Assembly: GCA_051294375.1 (NCBI GenBank) | Contig: CM119263.1 | Coordinates: 1,554,535-1,618,534, forward strand | Direction: 5' to 3' | DNA length: 64,000 bases | Origin: Paraspadella gotoi | Lineage: Eukaryota; Animalia; Chaetognatha | In this document: positions 1 through 12,872 of the stretch, piece by piece | Layout: each line of letters begins with the position of its first letter | Numbering within the stretch: position 1 is the first letter of the stretch | Notes under the pieces: generated by a model | Database searches by the model: none | What the model was told of the DNA's origin: nothing | The model's input: the letters and a program-made list of their open reading frames with translations, nothing else | Made by a program: the position numbers and the translations under genes

Positions 1-64
1 TCTGTTCGTGACGCTGTTGATCTTCATTTGCTTCGGATTTTTGATGATTCCCTTCCACGACCGA
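1..64 (+). CDS. TMBIM/Lifeguard-family gene, penultimate coding exon (5'-truncated by window)
   Basis: Frame from position 2 reads LFVTLLIFICFGFLMIPFHDR, a hydrophobic TM helix. It is followed by a GTGAGC donor at 65, and phase 0 matches the next exon. Confidence 0.85.
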
Positions 65-183
65 GTGAGCTAAATATTTCTTCTAATATATATATATTCA
101 TTAAACAATAATTGACCCTCTTTACCGTAAGCGTCCAATTTTAACGTAAATTCAAAATTTCGTTTATTTTTAGGTTTAATAAC

Positions 184-360
184 TAGGATAAGGCTGTCGA
201 GTAGGTTTAGGATTACCGTTAAGGATTAGGTTAGGGATTTGGTTAGAGTTTTGGTTAGGGATTAGAGTCTGGTTAGGGGTCGGGATAAGGTTAGGGCTTA
301 GGCATTAGTATTAGGTAATAGGGTAAGGGATTAAGTTAGGGTTTGGGATAGGGGTTAAGG
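184..360 (+). repeat. Degenerate TTAGG/TTAGGG-like G-rich tract inside the TMBIM intron
   Basis: Repeated ttagg/ttaggg/ggttag variants with strong G-strand skew. Confidence 0.75.
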
Positions 361-524
361 AATAAATTAAACTTAGAAAAAGAAAAAGATAGATTAGTAC
401 TAGATATTAAAATTAAAATTAAATTAAAATAAAATAAAATTAAGGAATAGCAGTCTAAAAGGGGCACTATCGGAAAATAGTGCCCGATACTTAAATTTCA
501 CTATTTACCCTAATTCTACCTCAG

Positions 525-725
525 GCGACTAACATGATCTACAGCGGGGTGGGCGCCCTCATCTTCTGCTTGTATCTCATATTCGATACTCAGCTCATGA
601 TTGGCGGGAAACACAAGTACGCCATCTCGCCTGAGGAATACGTTTTCGCTGCTTTGAATTTGTACCTCGACGTTATTAACCTTTTCCTCTACATTCTCAT
701 GATGGTCGGCGGAGGAAAAAAGTGA
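525..725 (+). CDS. TMBIM/Lifeguard (Bax inhibitor-1 superfamily, LFG/GRINA/FAIM2-like) terminal coding exon
   Basis: Acceptor ...ttctacctcAG ends at 524. Translation ATNMIYSGVGALIFCLYLIFDTQLMIGGKHKYAISPEEYVFAALNLYLDVINLFLYILMMVGGGKK* carries the family signatures DTQL..GG and SPEEY.FAAL.LYLD.INLF. Confidence 0.95.
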   Translation, partial: ATNMIYSGVGALIFCLYLIFDTQLMIGGKHKYAISPEEYVFAALNLYLDVINLFLYILMMVGGGKK

Positions 726-930
726 GGAGAGACCTCACCTCGACCTCACCGCGAACTTACCTTTCAGCGAAATACTAGTTGTTCAAAAACGGTCATAACC
801 ATCTTAATTATTTTTAATTCTTTGTAATTATAAATAATATTGGTGAAACGGTCGTCACCTTTTTTTTTAACATAATGGGAAGACAACGATAAATTTTTAT
901 TTATTAAACCAGTAAGTTTTTATGAGGAGG

Positions 931-1086
931 AATAAATATTATGTATATATTTTTTCTGCGATTTGAATATAAAATTGAATAGTGGATTTATATTGCGAGG
1001 ATGAAACTTGATTAATCTTGATTAATCTATGTAAAGAAAAAACTACATAAAATATATATAAAGAATATACGTAAAAAATAAATAAA
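931..1086 (+). terminator. Candidate polyadenylation signals of the TMBIM gene
   Basis: AATAAA hexamers at ~931 and ~1077-1086 in the AT-rich 3'UTR downstream of the stop codon. Confidence 0.4.
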
Positions 1087-1272
1087 AACTATTTCAAACT
1101 AGTTAGTAATCATTTAATTATCAGTTATTTATCAGAAAGAAATAATAAAATGGAATATTAAATGCACGAAAAAAAAATGATTGAAAGGATTTTTTGTACA
1201 ATTTCTTCAATATCTTCTTTTTCTTTTATAACTATACTCCGCTGTTGACCCATCTCCATGAAAGAACACACA

Positions 1273-1319
<47 letters not shown>

Positions 1320-4300
1320 CTCTCTTCTCCCGCTCTTCCTCCACGTGCTCCGTGCAGCTGCTGCAACGATTTTATTCTCTTCCTCTTCCGCCTCCTCTTC
1401 GTATCTCATGCATCCACTCTTCCTCATCCGAGGCTTATGAATCCCTCCCGAAACGTTTTACCGCCATCTCGCGAATTTGCGGTAAACTTTGCGATTTATG
1501 TAACAGAAGAAAAGGCAAAAAGTGAAAATAAAAACCTTTGTTTAAGAAATCACATGTTATTATTACAGTAGAACTCCGAATGTCTTAAGTACATTTTTCA
1601 CTTTTCTAAAAAACTTAAATAAAGTTGATACATCCGCAAGCCATTAAATTGTAAATCTCCATAAAATGATAAATTAATAACACAGTTAATAATTATATAT
1701 CTCCATAACCTAGACCTCCTCCATAATTTATGTTTTGTGTAATAATATTTTACTTGAATTCAAAACATTTTAAACAAGATCCATTTAACTATTTTCTCCC
1801 TTCATATAACATTTTATTTAAAGAGATTCATTGAAATTTGAAGTATAATTAATAATTGTTAGTGTTGGCATATCCAATATCCAATAATGCACAGAACGAC
1901 TATACCGTATACCTATATGTTATAATAAAGCTATTTTGAAGACATTTCGTTTTTTGATTACAAACATTTATGATAATTATATATAATATGTTCATAATTT
2001 ATGTACTTTTTAATTCAGAGATTTCGTCGTGAATTTCTTTTCGTTTCGTTGTGTTTTGAATTAGTAGAAGATGTTTGAAATTGATTTCAACAACGATTTT
2101 TATTGCAACAAGATGTACATGTTTCGGCTTTAGAGATGTACAAGCCTCCATCAGCCTTTCAAACGTCTTTTACTAATTCAGAGATTGAAAAATATTATCT
2201 CAAAATGATCATAATCTAATTAATCATCGTTTTTTAAAAAAAAATTGAATACGTACATACTAAGGTGTAGTCAAAGTTACATACGAAAATTCTAAAAGTC
2301 AATTATGAACAACATACCATCAGTGAATATTAATTTGTAAAAAAAAATTAATTTTCTGTTTTTTAATTTTCGCAGTAGGCTATATGAAATGAAGATATAA
2401 TATATAAAAAATATAAATAAATATATAAATAAATAAATAAATAAAAAGATAGAAGGAATAAAGAAAGGCAAGAAAAAGATTGGCAGAATAAATGAAAACT
2501 AAAATATTTAAATTTGAAGAATTTTACTTATTCTTAAAATCTATTATTTAAATAGTAAAGCCTCACTTACATAAATTTTAATTTTTATTGTTATGGTAAG
2601 TTATTAATTATTTTATAAACAAGAATATAAGAAGATAATATTCAACAAATTCTTGGAAGATTCCTTAGTCCTCATCAAAGCCCTTTTTCTAATAAATATG
2701 TTTAACACGCTTAAGTAGTGAACTTAATTTATGACCCAAAAAAAAAAAACATCTTATACATTACTCCCCCTGACAGTTAAGATTGACAGCCCGTTTTTAA
2801 TGAACGGTTATTGCCTTTTGAAAATTACAAGGCGGGATTGAGACAGTCTCAGTCTGAATCCCGATTGGTCCAAAATGCGAAAGTTCATTCCGATTGGTTC
2901 GTTAAATGTGATTCTCAATTCAGACGACGAACGAGTCTTTCTAACGAAATTAAGACTTTGTTAAAGTGAAACTAAAAAAAAAAAAACTGCTTGACGAAAA
3001 CGGTCAAATACCAGAATTGCTATATTGGTTAGATCCGATGAAATACTATTTTCATTTAATAAAAATAAACATAAAAAAGAATTTAGTAGATACTGTAAAG
3101 TTTGAGTAAATTTCTCTCGGCTCTCCCCTTGATCGAGGGACACTGGATCCGAGAAGGATGATCGTTACGGCCAGACCCAGTTAACAGATCATCCATCACT
3201 GTCAAGAGTTGGCGTCCAACCAGAGGGAAACAATTATTTCAAACGGCCAATCAAATTCTCTCTCGCATTATTGGTGTTTGGTCGGGGACTTCGTGTTTGA
3301 GTTTGAAAAGTATCGACATTTGAAAGCAAATATATTTGTATAAATTTTTATTCTTTCATTATTTGGAGTTTTACATTCTTTCATGAAGCTTTATTTTGTA
3401 TTTTTTACAGATGTTATTCGTAGATGGAATTCTCTGTTAGGGTGCTTAATTTTTAAAATGGAATCAAAAATTTAAATATAAATCATTAAAACTTGCAAAT
3501 TAATAATCTATATAAATTTTTTTTATAACATAAAGTTTTTTTTTAATTTGAAAAAATGGTATAATATAATAAAATCAAAAATTAAAAAAAATGATATTCT
3601 GAATTTTTTTTCTGGCTAATTTGAATTCCTCGTAAAACGTTTAAATTGAAAAGAGATTTTCTTTTTAAAAACAGCCGAATGTTTAAACTTAAATACTAAT
3701 TAAAAATAATTTTTATTTAAATAATATTTTTTAGGATTTGTATTTGAATTTTATCATACTACAACTGTCACTTTATCTTATTCCCTATCTCTGACAATCA
3801 CGGGGATATTTTCAACACCAGGAAATTCTTGGCCTAGTGAAGGGGCAAGGCTCGATCTTAATTAAGAGCCCAGGCCCCTCGGAGGGCCTACACTTGCCGA
3901 GTATTTTTCGTTACTATTTTGATAAATTTAAGTTTTAAATCCATAATGGATAAATATTTATTCAATGACGCAAAAGACAACATTAATCTATAACTATAAT
4001 GTGCAGATTCCTCAAAAAAATTAGTGCAGGTGTGAATTTAACGCATGACAGAACTTATAATTTAATTAGAGTGCAATAACGATTCGGGCCACCAAGATAT
4101 CACAAAAGTCCAACTCCCACCCTTTCCTTCCCCCACTCCGATATCCGTGTCCCTGATCGCCTTCAGTCTTTGCCGATTAATCCTCCCGCCCCCTTTTGGT
4201 TCAGCCACCGATATTTTTCTTTCATGGTGCGACTTGAATACGTAGTCGCCCCATAAACGCGATCCATCACGAATTCTCTCTCTCTCTCTCTCTTTCTCCA

Positions 4301-5005
4301 TCCCGCCCTCCCATTGATGCCAACGCCGGGAAATAATCCGACCTGGAATTTAGGCCTCGACGATCGGCAATCGCGATTCCGATCTTTGGCCATGTCCGGC
4401 ACAGTGAACTTCCTTCAAAGGACAAAATATCCTATTTTTTTGGTAAAAATCAGGTTTTTTTTTAATTCGATGCAACTAACTTAGAAACATTAACATTTTA
4501 ATCTTCAAATAATAAATAATGGGATAATTTCTCTCTCTCTTTGTTTTTGTTATTATTTCTGATTTGAGCCTTCGTTCAGCCATAAGTTTCTTGAGGCTTT
4601 GCTGCTCCGCGGCGTCGCACGCGTCGGTCCTGCTGCTGCGTATCTCGTTGGCAGAGGAAGAGAAAGAGGATGAGAAGCAACAAGGAGATTTAGGAGGAGA
4701 AAGAGGAACGTTTTAGGCAGGCGGAGGAGGAAGAGGAACGAAAGGGAAGAGGTGGAGTGCTTCGATTGGAATTTCAGACGCTCTGCTGGTGAGAAAGAAT
4801 GAAAGAAAAAAAGAAAAAAAGAAAAAAAGAGAAATGGATCGTTTCAATAATTGATGCGGAAAAAAATCCGCAGAGAAAAATAATATGGGATGAAACAAAA
4901 AGAACAAGAAAACCAGAGAAGTTAAAAACATACGTGGATACTGTTATATTTGGGCTTTATATATACTTGCCAGTATTTCCGACCCTTATAAGAAAATTAA
5001 CGCGT

Positions 5006-5236
5006 TATGGTGGACTAAAATCCAAACCATTCATCAAGCGGCCATTGGTCCGGAGGCAAGTCATTCGCCTCCCAACCCAAAGGTCCGGGGTTCTAGCCCG
5101 GTGGTCTTCTGGCAGTTAAGAGGGACGGGGCGCTTAACCCGCCTGTAACACGGTGTTACAGCCTGATCCGAAGCTCAGGGACTGCTTATATTGAGCGGTT
5201 CTGTCACTAACACATGACAATAATTAATGTCTTTCA
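5006..5236 (+). mobile_element. tRNA-derived SINE (family A), copy 1
   Basis: A-box-like TGGTCCGGAGG (5046-5056) and B-box-like GGTTCTAGCCC (5089-5099), with a tRNA-Gly-like TTCGCCTCCCA core. A closely similar reverse-complement copy lies at 7752-7983. Confidence 0.8.
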
Positions 5237-7512
5237 CTGTATTTATTGAATATAGAAAATTTTATTATATTGGTTTTACCAATTTCATACGTATTTATTT
5301 GCAAACTTAAGTAAAAATAATTGAATAGTGTTTACACTTTATAAAATGTAATCATTTTTTTAGATCTTATAATTCCCACTGAAATTATTAATATGAAAAA
5401 GAACGACTTAAAGTAACGAGAGGAGAGAGGGTCGCCATGCCTCTCTGTGAGTGCCGATAGCCCCCACACTTAATGTGCCCAGTGGGCTTGGGAGATTTTT
5501 CCGTCAGTTACCTTGCTTTCCGATACTTATGTTCTGGCAGTAAGGTTGTTACCGGTGGCTTTACCGGCCCGTCACTCTTTTTGCAAGGACTGTTCTGACC
5601 AGGGCTAGAACCCGTAAATAAATAATAAAAGCTAAAAAACGTTCAACAGGTATGCATTAAGTAAAAAAAATGTATGGACTTTACCTTTCTTTGTGTAAGC
5701 CTGTATTGTATGAAATACTCATCTAAAATAATTATTTTCACTCTATTATTCGCAGAAAATAAAAGGGGGCGATATGAAAAAAAAGACCAATATTTTATCA
5801 AGCAGTGTAAAATGCCATAACATTTTTTGTTGTCCAAATAATCGAAATCAGCTATTATTTTTTTTATCTAGCTAAATAATGGTTAATGCTAAAATGTCCG
5901 TCAATGCCTGCCAGTAATTACTTGTACTCTGCTTCCCAATCCCGTCACTTACGGCGCCATAATAAACTCAATGTTTATCATTTGAAACATAACATAATTT
6001 AAAGATAACCGTGATAAAAACTATTTTTGTATCTGCTCAAGCTGTGCTGAGTTCTTTCCATTTAGGAAAAAAAGCTCAAAGGTGTCTGCCATAAATATTT
6101 ATATACTTCCCCCCGTTTTATTTGGAATGATTCATTCTATCAAATTTAAGATTAATCCATTAAAAATCTATTATATTGTAAAATAGGAAAAAAAAACAAA
6201 TGAAAGGAGAATAAAGTATGAAAATATGATTATGGTGCAAAGATAAAATAATAAGTCAATGTTAGGGATGGAGTAAGTCGGTATGAAATAATGAATAGTA
6301 TATGGCAATAAAGACTATATATATCAGTAATTTATTCAGTATATATTGAGTATGTAAATATAATTTTGCTAATTGAAGAGTTAAATTTGACTTATAAGCG
6401 GAAATATTCAGAAATTAATAGTTAGAATTTAATTAAAAAATTAATTCTAATTCTGATTAAAAATTAACAAATCCCCTTTTGATGAACAAATTAAGCGGAA
6501 GATTTGACAAGAATTGATTTCTTGGTTAATGATTCTTATTTCCTCTCGTTTATTCTCCTTCAAATGATCATCCAGACTTTAAGACAAAGACCACACTGAC
6601 TTCTCGCTCATTCGCGACAAAATATGACCAAGTTTCATGCAGACTTCAATTAATAACAGATTTCTCTCTCCTCCTTCCTGTCCGCTCGACTCTCGTCTCT
6701 CTTCTCTTCTCTCGTCTCTCAAAACAAAAAAACCAAAACCCGGCCATTCAATTTTTAATAGTCGCAAAAATATAGATTTTGTGAAAATAAAAAAAAAAGA
6801 TAATGTTTTCGACAGCCTAATAAAAAGTTTGATATTTAAAGAAAATTTGAAATATAATTTTTAAATTACTGAAAAAAGAAATATAGTAACTAAACCAGTC
6901 GAGGACTCTCCTTTCCAAAAGATAAAATGGAACAGTCTTGTCCTAAAAATTAAAAAAAATGAAGGGAGTCTGAGGATCCGAATCTAGATTGTCATTTCGT
7001 GACATGGAACCGAGAGACCAGCGTCGAGAAATATTCTCCTCCGTCGGCAACGTCGCATTAATGTATTCTTTTCATGTCCCTTTTGCTTTTGACTTCGACG
7101 TTCGATGGAGGGATTAACCTCAGCGGCGGCGTCAACCGCGGCCGGACGCGGCGGAGCCGGGGCATCGTCGTCGCTGCCCTGCGGAGGCCTGGCGCGGCGA
7201 AAGCGTGCGCCGCGGCGGAAGGGAAGATGAAATTACTCGTTTGGGCTTCGTCTTTGTCGATAACGAGGAAAAGCGTACTGTGAAAAGGTGTAATATTTTC
7301 GTTAAGGAAAGTTTAAAAGGATTTATTATTGATATGGTATATTCGAATACCATTTCTACTTAAAATACATCAGAGGTTTGTTTAAAAATTCATTGAAGAG
7401 TCTTATTTATTTCAGATTTCTTTTATAGCTTATTTATTAGATGACTGGATCATTTTTATATTGATTTTACCAATTTTATTAAATTCAGCTCCTTGTAATT
7501 TGATGCTTTGCG

Positions 7513-8038
7513 GAGTACAATATAGTATTCCCCGATCTAATACATAAAGCAGTGGTCTTTTCATACAATTGAAACAATCTTTGAAATATTATACCACTTC
7601 ATTGATAGGGAAGCCAGGTACTCTGGGAGTGAATAAACGACACTGTGAGAGTCTTGATTGAAAGCTTGCAGGGACCTGCTATGTCATTATCTTGTAAGAG
7701 TGATGGAGGTCTTAAACCAGCAAAGCTTGTCCACAGTCAGGGGCAAGATAGTGAAGAGACAGTGATTATTGTTGTGTTAGTGACAGAACCGTTCAATATA
7801 AGCAGTCCCTGAGCTTCGGATCAGGCTGTAACATCGTGTTAAAGGCGGGTTAAGCGCCCCGTCCCTCTTAACTGCTAGGTGGCCACCGGGCTAGAACCCC
7901 GGACCTTTGGGTTGGGAGGCGAAGGACTTGCCTCCGGCTCCAATGGCCACTGATGAACGGTTGGTGGATTTTAGTCCACCATAATAGCTTATTTATTAAA
8001 TGAATGGATGGTTTTTAGATTGGTTGTACCAATTTCAT
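7513..8038 (+). mobile_element. Dispersed ~290-bp repeat (family B), full-length copy split by the SINE A insertion
   Basis: 7513-7751 plus 7984-8038 align with the uninterrupted copy at 21719-22010. Confidence 0.85.
7752..7983 (-). mobile_element. tRNA-derived SINE (family A), copy 2, nested inside a family B element
   Basis: Reverse complement aligns end to end with 5006-5236. It interrupts family B at caagATAG|cttatt, with ATAG on both sides. Confidence 0.85.
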
Positions 8039-8954
8039 TACAATTTCATTTCATAGATTTTCGTTCACCACAATTTAACACTTTTATTATAATTTCATTT
8101 AAATTAATTCGAGAGAAGGCATTTTTTACACATTGATGAACTGCGAAAATTAACAGAACATAAGATATGGCGATGAGAAAATCAAATATTCAGATTAAAT
8201 TTTTGAAATTCTTGTTAAATATCTGAAATGTTCGAAATCTCCTTTGTAAAGTGAAGATTTGAGAGTTTGTTATTTTATTTAATATTTCCAAACCATAAAG
8301 TTTTAGTTTACAAAAACAATTTGGTTATATATTGATATTCCACAACGATTTTAAAAAAATAATTTGGATTTTTTTTATTTTGAAATTTCGTGATACGCCA
8401 CAGAAACTGTAAATAAGACGTTCAAGTTTCTTTTAAAGATTAAACGTTTACTTTAAAAATATTAATAAAAAATAATTGGGTTCTCAGTATTTTCAGTTCC
8501 TAATAAAAATAATTATTTCTTATTCTAAATATACCTAAATAAAAAACACCAAAGCCAGGAGGCAAAACAGCTTGCGTTTAAATGGTGGGTGATTTTGGTA
8601 TTCATTACACTAGTTTGATACGTTTTCGAGCTTTCATTTAAACTGTAAACTGTAAAGTCAATTTCTATTTGTTTTCGTACTTTTCTTGATTTCTTTCTTT
8701 TTTAAATCACTTTCTTACGATTTTAATTTTTCTCCCAAGATATTTTTATTTTCCTTTGTCAAGTTTTCTTTCCTTTCCGACATTACATATTTCTTAAACG
8801 TTTATTAAAATTGGTGTAACCATTCATTGCCCTTTGCGTTATGATTTCTATTTGCTATTTGACAAGATATATGATCTTTTGGGGGTTATTTCTTCCTATT
8901 ATTCTCTTTTGTATCTTTCTTCATTTAATTATTTTTTTTTTATCATTTTTTGTT

Positions 8955-8956
8955 TT

Positions 8957-9027
<71 letters not shown>

Positions 9028-9028
9028 C

Positions 9029-9060
<32 letters not shown>

Positions 9061-9293
9061 TCCTTCTGGTATTTTTCGTTTGATTTATTCTTTATTTGCC
9101 TTCTATATATTTTTCTGTTTTTCTTTTTCTGAAATAATATTTCTCTCTTTTTCTCTCTCTGTCTTTCTATCTCACTTTCACTTTTTCTCTCTCTTCCTGC
9201 TTTTCACGGACGAGTCACGTGGAAGTGAAACGAGAATCTCGCGTCGAGAAAAAGTGCAAATCAGCGCAGAATCTGCAACTTGGGAAGGCTGCT

Positions 9294-9351
<58 letters not shown>

Positions 9352-9475
9352 ATCCTTGTTTTCTTTCCTCGTTGTCGTTCGAAATGTCGTCGTCGTTTTA
9401 ATCATCATCCTCAGCATCATTCTCGTCGTCGTCGTCGTTCGTGTCGTCGTCGTCATTGCTGCTGCCTGCTTCCTT

Positions 9476-9571
<96 letters not shown>

Positions 9572-9792
9572 CTCTCAGTCAGATCGCTTCATTCTCTCAT
9601 TCCTTCTCCTTCCTTCGCCGCGAGAAACGTCTGAAAATTTTCTCTTCGTCGCGAGAGAGAGAGCTTCGACTCAGAGCGAGAGCGAGTGTTCGTCTCTAGA
9701 ACCTCAAGCTCTTTTTTTTTCCCTTTGGCTTCAACTGAGAAAAAGGAAAAAAAACGAAACCTTTTTTGTGTCGCCGCTTGGAAAGCGTCTCT

Positions 9793-9879
<87 letters not shown>

Positions 9880-9900
9880 AACACCAAAAAAACACGAAAC
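8955..9900. repeat. Microsatellite cluster: (CTTT)n, (GTC)n, (CT)n
   Basis: Direct reading. Similar (CT/GA)n, (CTTT)n and (GAC/GTC)n tracts recur throughout 9-63 kb. Confidence 0.95.
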
Positions 9901-10336
9901 GTTTCTTCTCAAACTCTGGATTTATTTCTGCAGGAAAATAAAAAATAAAACTGAATCTTTAAAGTGAAAACTTTTTTCTTCTCTTGAAAATCGGATTTAC
10001 TACATTTTCCCTTTCGCTTCGACGCGGAACGATACACGAACGCCGGGCGGTTCTCCGCCTTTTTTAAAAGAAATATTCCTCCGCGAACTAAGGACGCCAT
10101 CTGCAGTGACGCAGTCGTTTAAAAGTAGCGCCTTTTTCTTGTCTTAAAATCCGGATTAATTTCTATTTCCCAAAAAAAGAAAAAACGAAATTCTTTCTAT
10201 TTTCTTTTATTTGTCGTCGTCTCCCTTTTTTCAAAAAAAAAAAAAAAAATCTTTCCAGATTTAATTCGTTTTCTTTTTCGGATTTTAAATCCTCAGACTC
10301 GAATTTCAACCCAAAGGATTTTTTTTTTTGCCGCAG

Positions 10337-10344
10337 AAGACGAG
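10337..10344 (+). other. Candidate 8-nt microexon, or 3' end of a 5'UTR first exon
   Basis: T-run-GCCGCAG | AAGACGAG | GTTAGT: canonical acceptor and donor only 8 nt apart. Confidence 0.35.
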
Positions 10345-10469
10345 GTTAGTTGTTGTTGTTGTTGTTGTTGTTATTCAGCGTTAAAAGAGAAATTCGATTT
10401 TAGATTTTCATCCAGGAGACAGACATTGGCAAAGAGAGAGAAAGAGAAAGGGAGAGAGAGAAAGAGAGA

Positions 10470-10513
<44 letters not shown>

Positions 10514-11127
10514 GCGAGAGAGAGAGAGCTTATCGATCGTAGCGCTCGGTTCTTTTTTCTCCTTCGAGATCTTAACGAGTTTAAACCGCGCATCCAGTTA
10601 CATACGGAGCTTTTAAAATACCTCCGGGTTAAAAGTAGACATCCGGGTCTCTTTTCGAAATGTGCTATGACGGCGATGATAAATTCGTTGAAAAAAAAGA
10701 TGAATTTAAAAGCTTAATATTATATACTAAAAAGGTTTGTTTATTCTTTGTAATAACGAAAATTGATATTTGTTGTATTGTGACACAATCGGGACAAACA
10801 TTTTACTCAATTTGTGTAAAACTTTTGTCCTGATTTTTTCCCTCTTCAATGGAGACTTGTGTCGGGGATCCAGCCTTCACTTCCCTTCAATTTGGGTCAG
10901 TGGAAAGACATATGAAAGGGGAACTCAGAGTGACACGACTCTTCTGATCGCGGAGGTCCTCTCTTCCTCCTCCTCCTCCTCCTCCTCCTCCTCCTTTGTG
11001 GCCTTCCCTCGACCTGATCCTTCCTGGAGTGACGGCCTCGTTCTTCGAGTCCCGAGTCGTCGGCTTCGGTGCTGCCCTCGTCAACACTTTTCAAAACTAA
11101 AAACTCGTCTCTCTCTCTCTCTTTCAT

Positions 11128-11222
<95 letters not shown>

Positions 11223-11515
11223 CTTATTTTCCTTTCTATCTTTCTTTTCCATTCATTTTTTTGATTCATTTTTTTAATTATATTTTCTTTTTCTTTCTTT
11301 TATCTTTCTATCTCTTTTGTTTTCTCTATCATTTCTTGATAATTTTTAAATCTGTGTTTCTGATTTTTCTTTTTTTTGCTGTTTTTCTAAACTGTCTCTT
11401 TTATCTTTATATCTCTTGTTTGTTTTATTTCTTTCTTTTCTTACTGTCTTTCTCTCCTTTTTATTTCTTTATTTTTTTTTTATGCTTTAATTTTAAGCTT
11501 TCATCGTCCTCATCT

Positions 11516-11577
<62 letters not shown>

Positions 11578-11657
11578 GCAGAGATCGACTCGAGCTCAAT
11601 GTGCTGCAGCGACTCGGGCCTTGATGATACTCGATATCTTGTTTTTTCAGCCTTCTC

Positions 11658-11735
<78 letters not shown>

Positions 11736-11798
11736 CCGGTTAAAATTGGGGTCCGATTGGGGGGAAGAGAGGGGAAAAAGACTTCCTTTCATTCTGTG

Positions 11799-11832
<34 letters not shown>

Positions 11833-12404
11833 TTCGTTCGACTCATTAAACGTTGAGCCTTTTTTGACGTCGATCTCATTATCTTTTTCCCGCGAGTTTT
11901 GAGGTAATTATTCGCTCATCTCTTTCTTTCCTTTTTGGTTAAAGAATAAAAAGGAAAAAAATTAGGATAATAAAAAAATTTAAAATTAAGAATAAAAATA
12001 TAGAAATATTAAAAGATCAAAATTTTCATAAAAATTTAAAGAATAATTAAAAAAATTAACCATTAACTTAAAAATTTACAAATTCAAAAAATAAGATACA
12101 CTTAAAACAATTGCAATCGAAATGTAATTAAGATAATCTTTTTTACATGTTTAATTATTTTCATAATTTCAAGAATATAAATTATATTTTCATAATATTA
12201 TCGCGACTAAATTTTCATGTCGTTTATCTTCCGTGCAACACGGTACAGAGTTCTAACTTTGATTAAAAATTTAGAGCTTGTAAATCTTTCCCGACTTCAA
12301 TTAAGCCATTCTAAATGCCAAATAAATCAATTGAGAAGATTTAGTAAAAAGTTAAGCAAGCCAAAGATGGAAAGAAAGGCTGTAATGTTTAATGAGAAAG
12401 AGAG

Positions 12405-12458
<54 letters not shown>

Positions 12459-12841
12459 GAGGCCTTCCAGCTGCTTTGGTCTTTGGAATGCTGCTGCCCC
12501 ACGTCGAAAACCTTTTTCTCTTCCGCTTGAGATTATTTTGCCAAAATAACAAAATAAAAAGGAGTGAAACTCTTTCTCTCAAAGATTTCTCTCACAGATT
12601 TCTCACACAGATCTTATCGCTCAATTTGTTTTGTTTAAATGCTTGCCAGCTTTTCTTTGAAAAAACAAACTTGAAAAAAACAAAAAACAAACAGTATCTT
12701 AAAGACTTTTAGTAGCAGACTTTATTCGGAATTATTATTATTATTTCGGGGAAATTTCAGAATAAGAATTTAAATTTTAAGATTTTTCTTAAATATAGAT
12801 GTAGGAACAAAAGGTCATCAGTAATCAAATTTGAAATAAGA

Positions 12842-12872
12842 ATGGAGAGGATTCGAACTCGCGACCGTCAAG
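12842..12872 (-). mobile_element. tRNA T-arm/B-box remnant (SINE-like fragment)
   Basis: Reverse complement reads GGTCGCGAGTTCGAATCCTC. Confidence 0.35.

Noticed and set aside
184-360. True telomere or chromosome-fusion site
   Set aside because: The tract is short, highly degenerate, in a single orientation and inside an intact intron.
7950-7990. Hammerhead ribozyme (CTGATGA followed by a hairpin); also CTGATGA...GAAA at ~30533
   Set aside because: The first has no GAAA core after the stem, and the second has no stable stem II or stems I/III.
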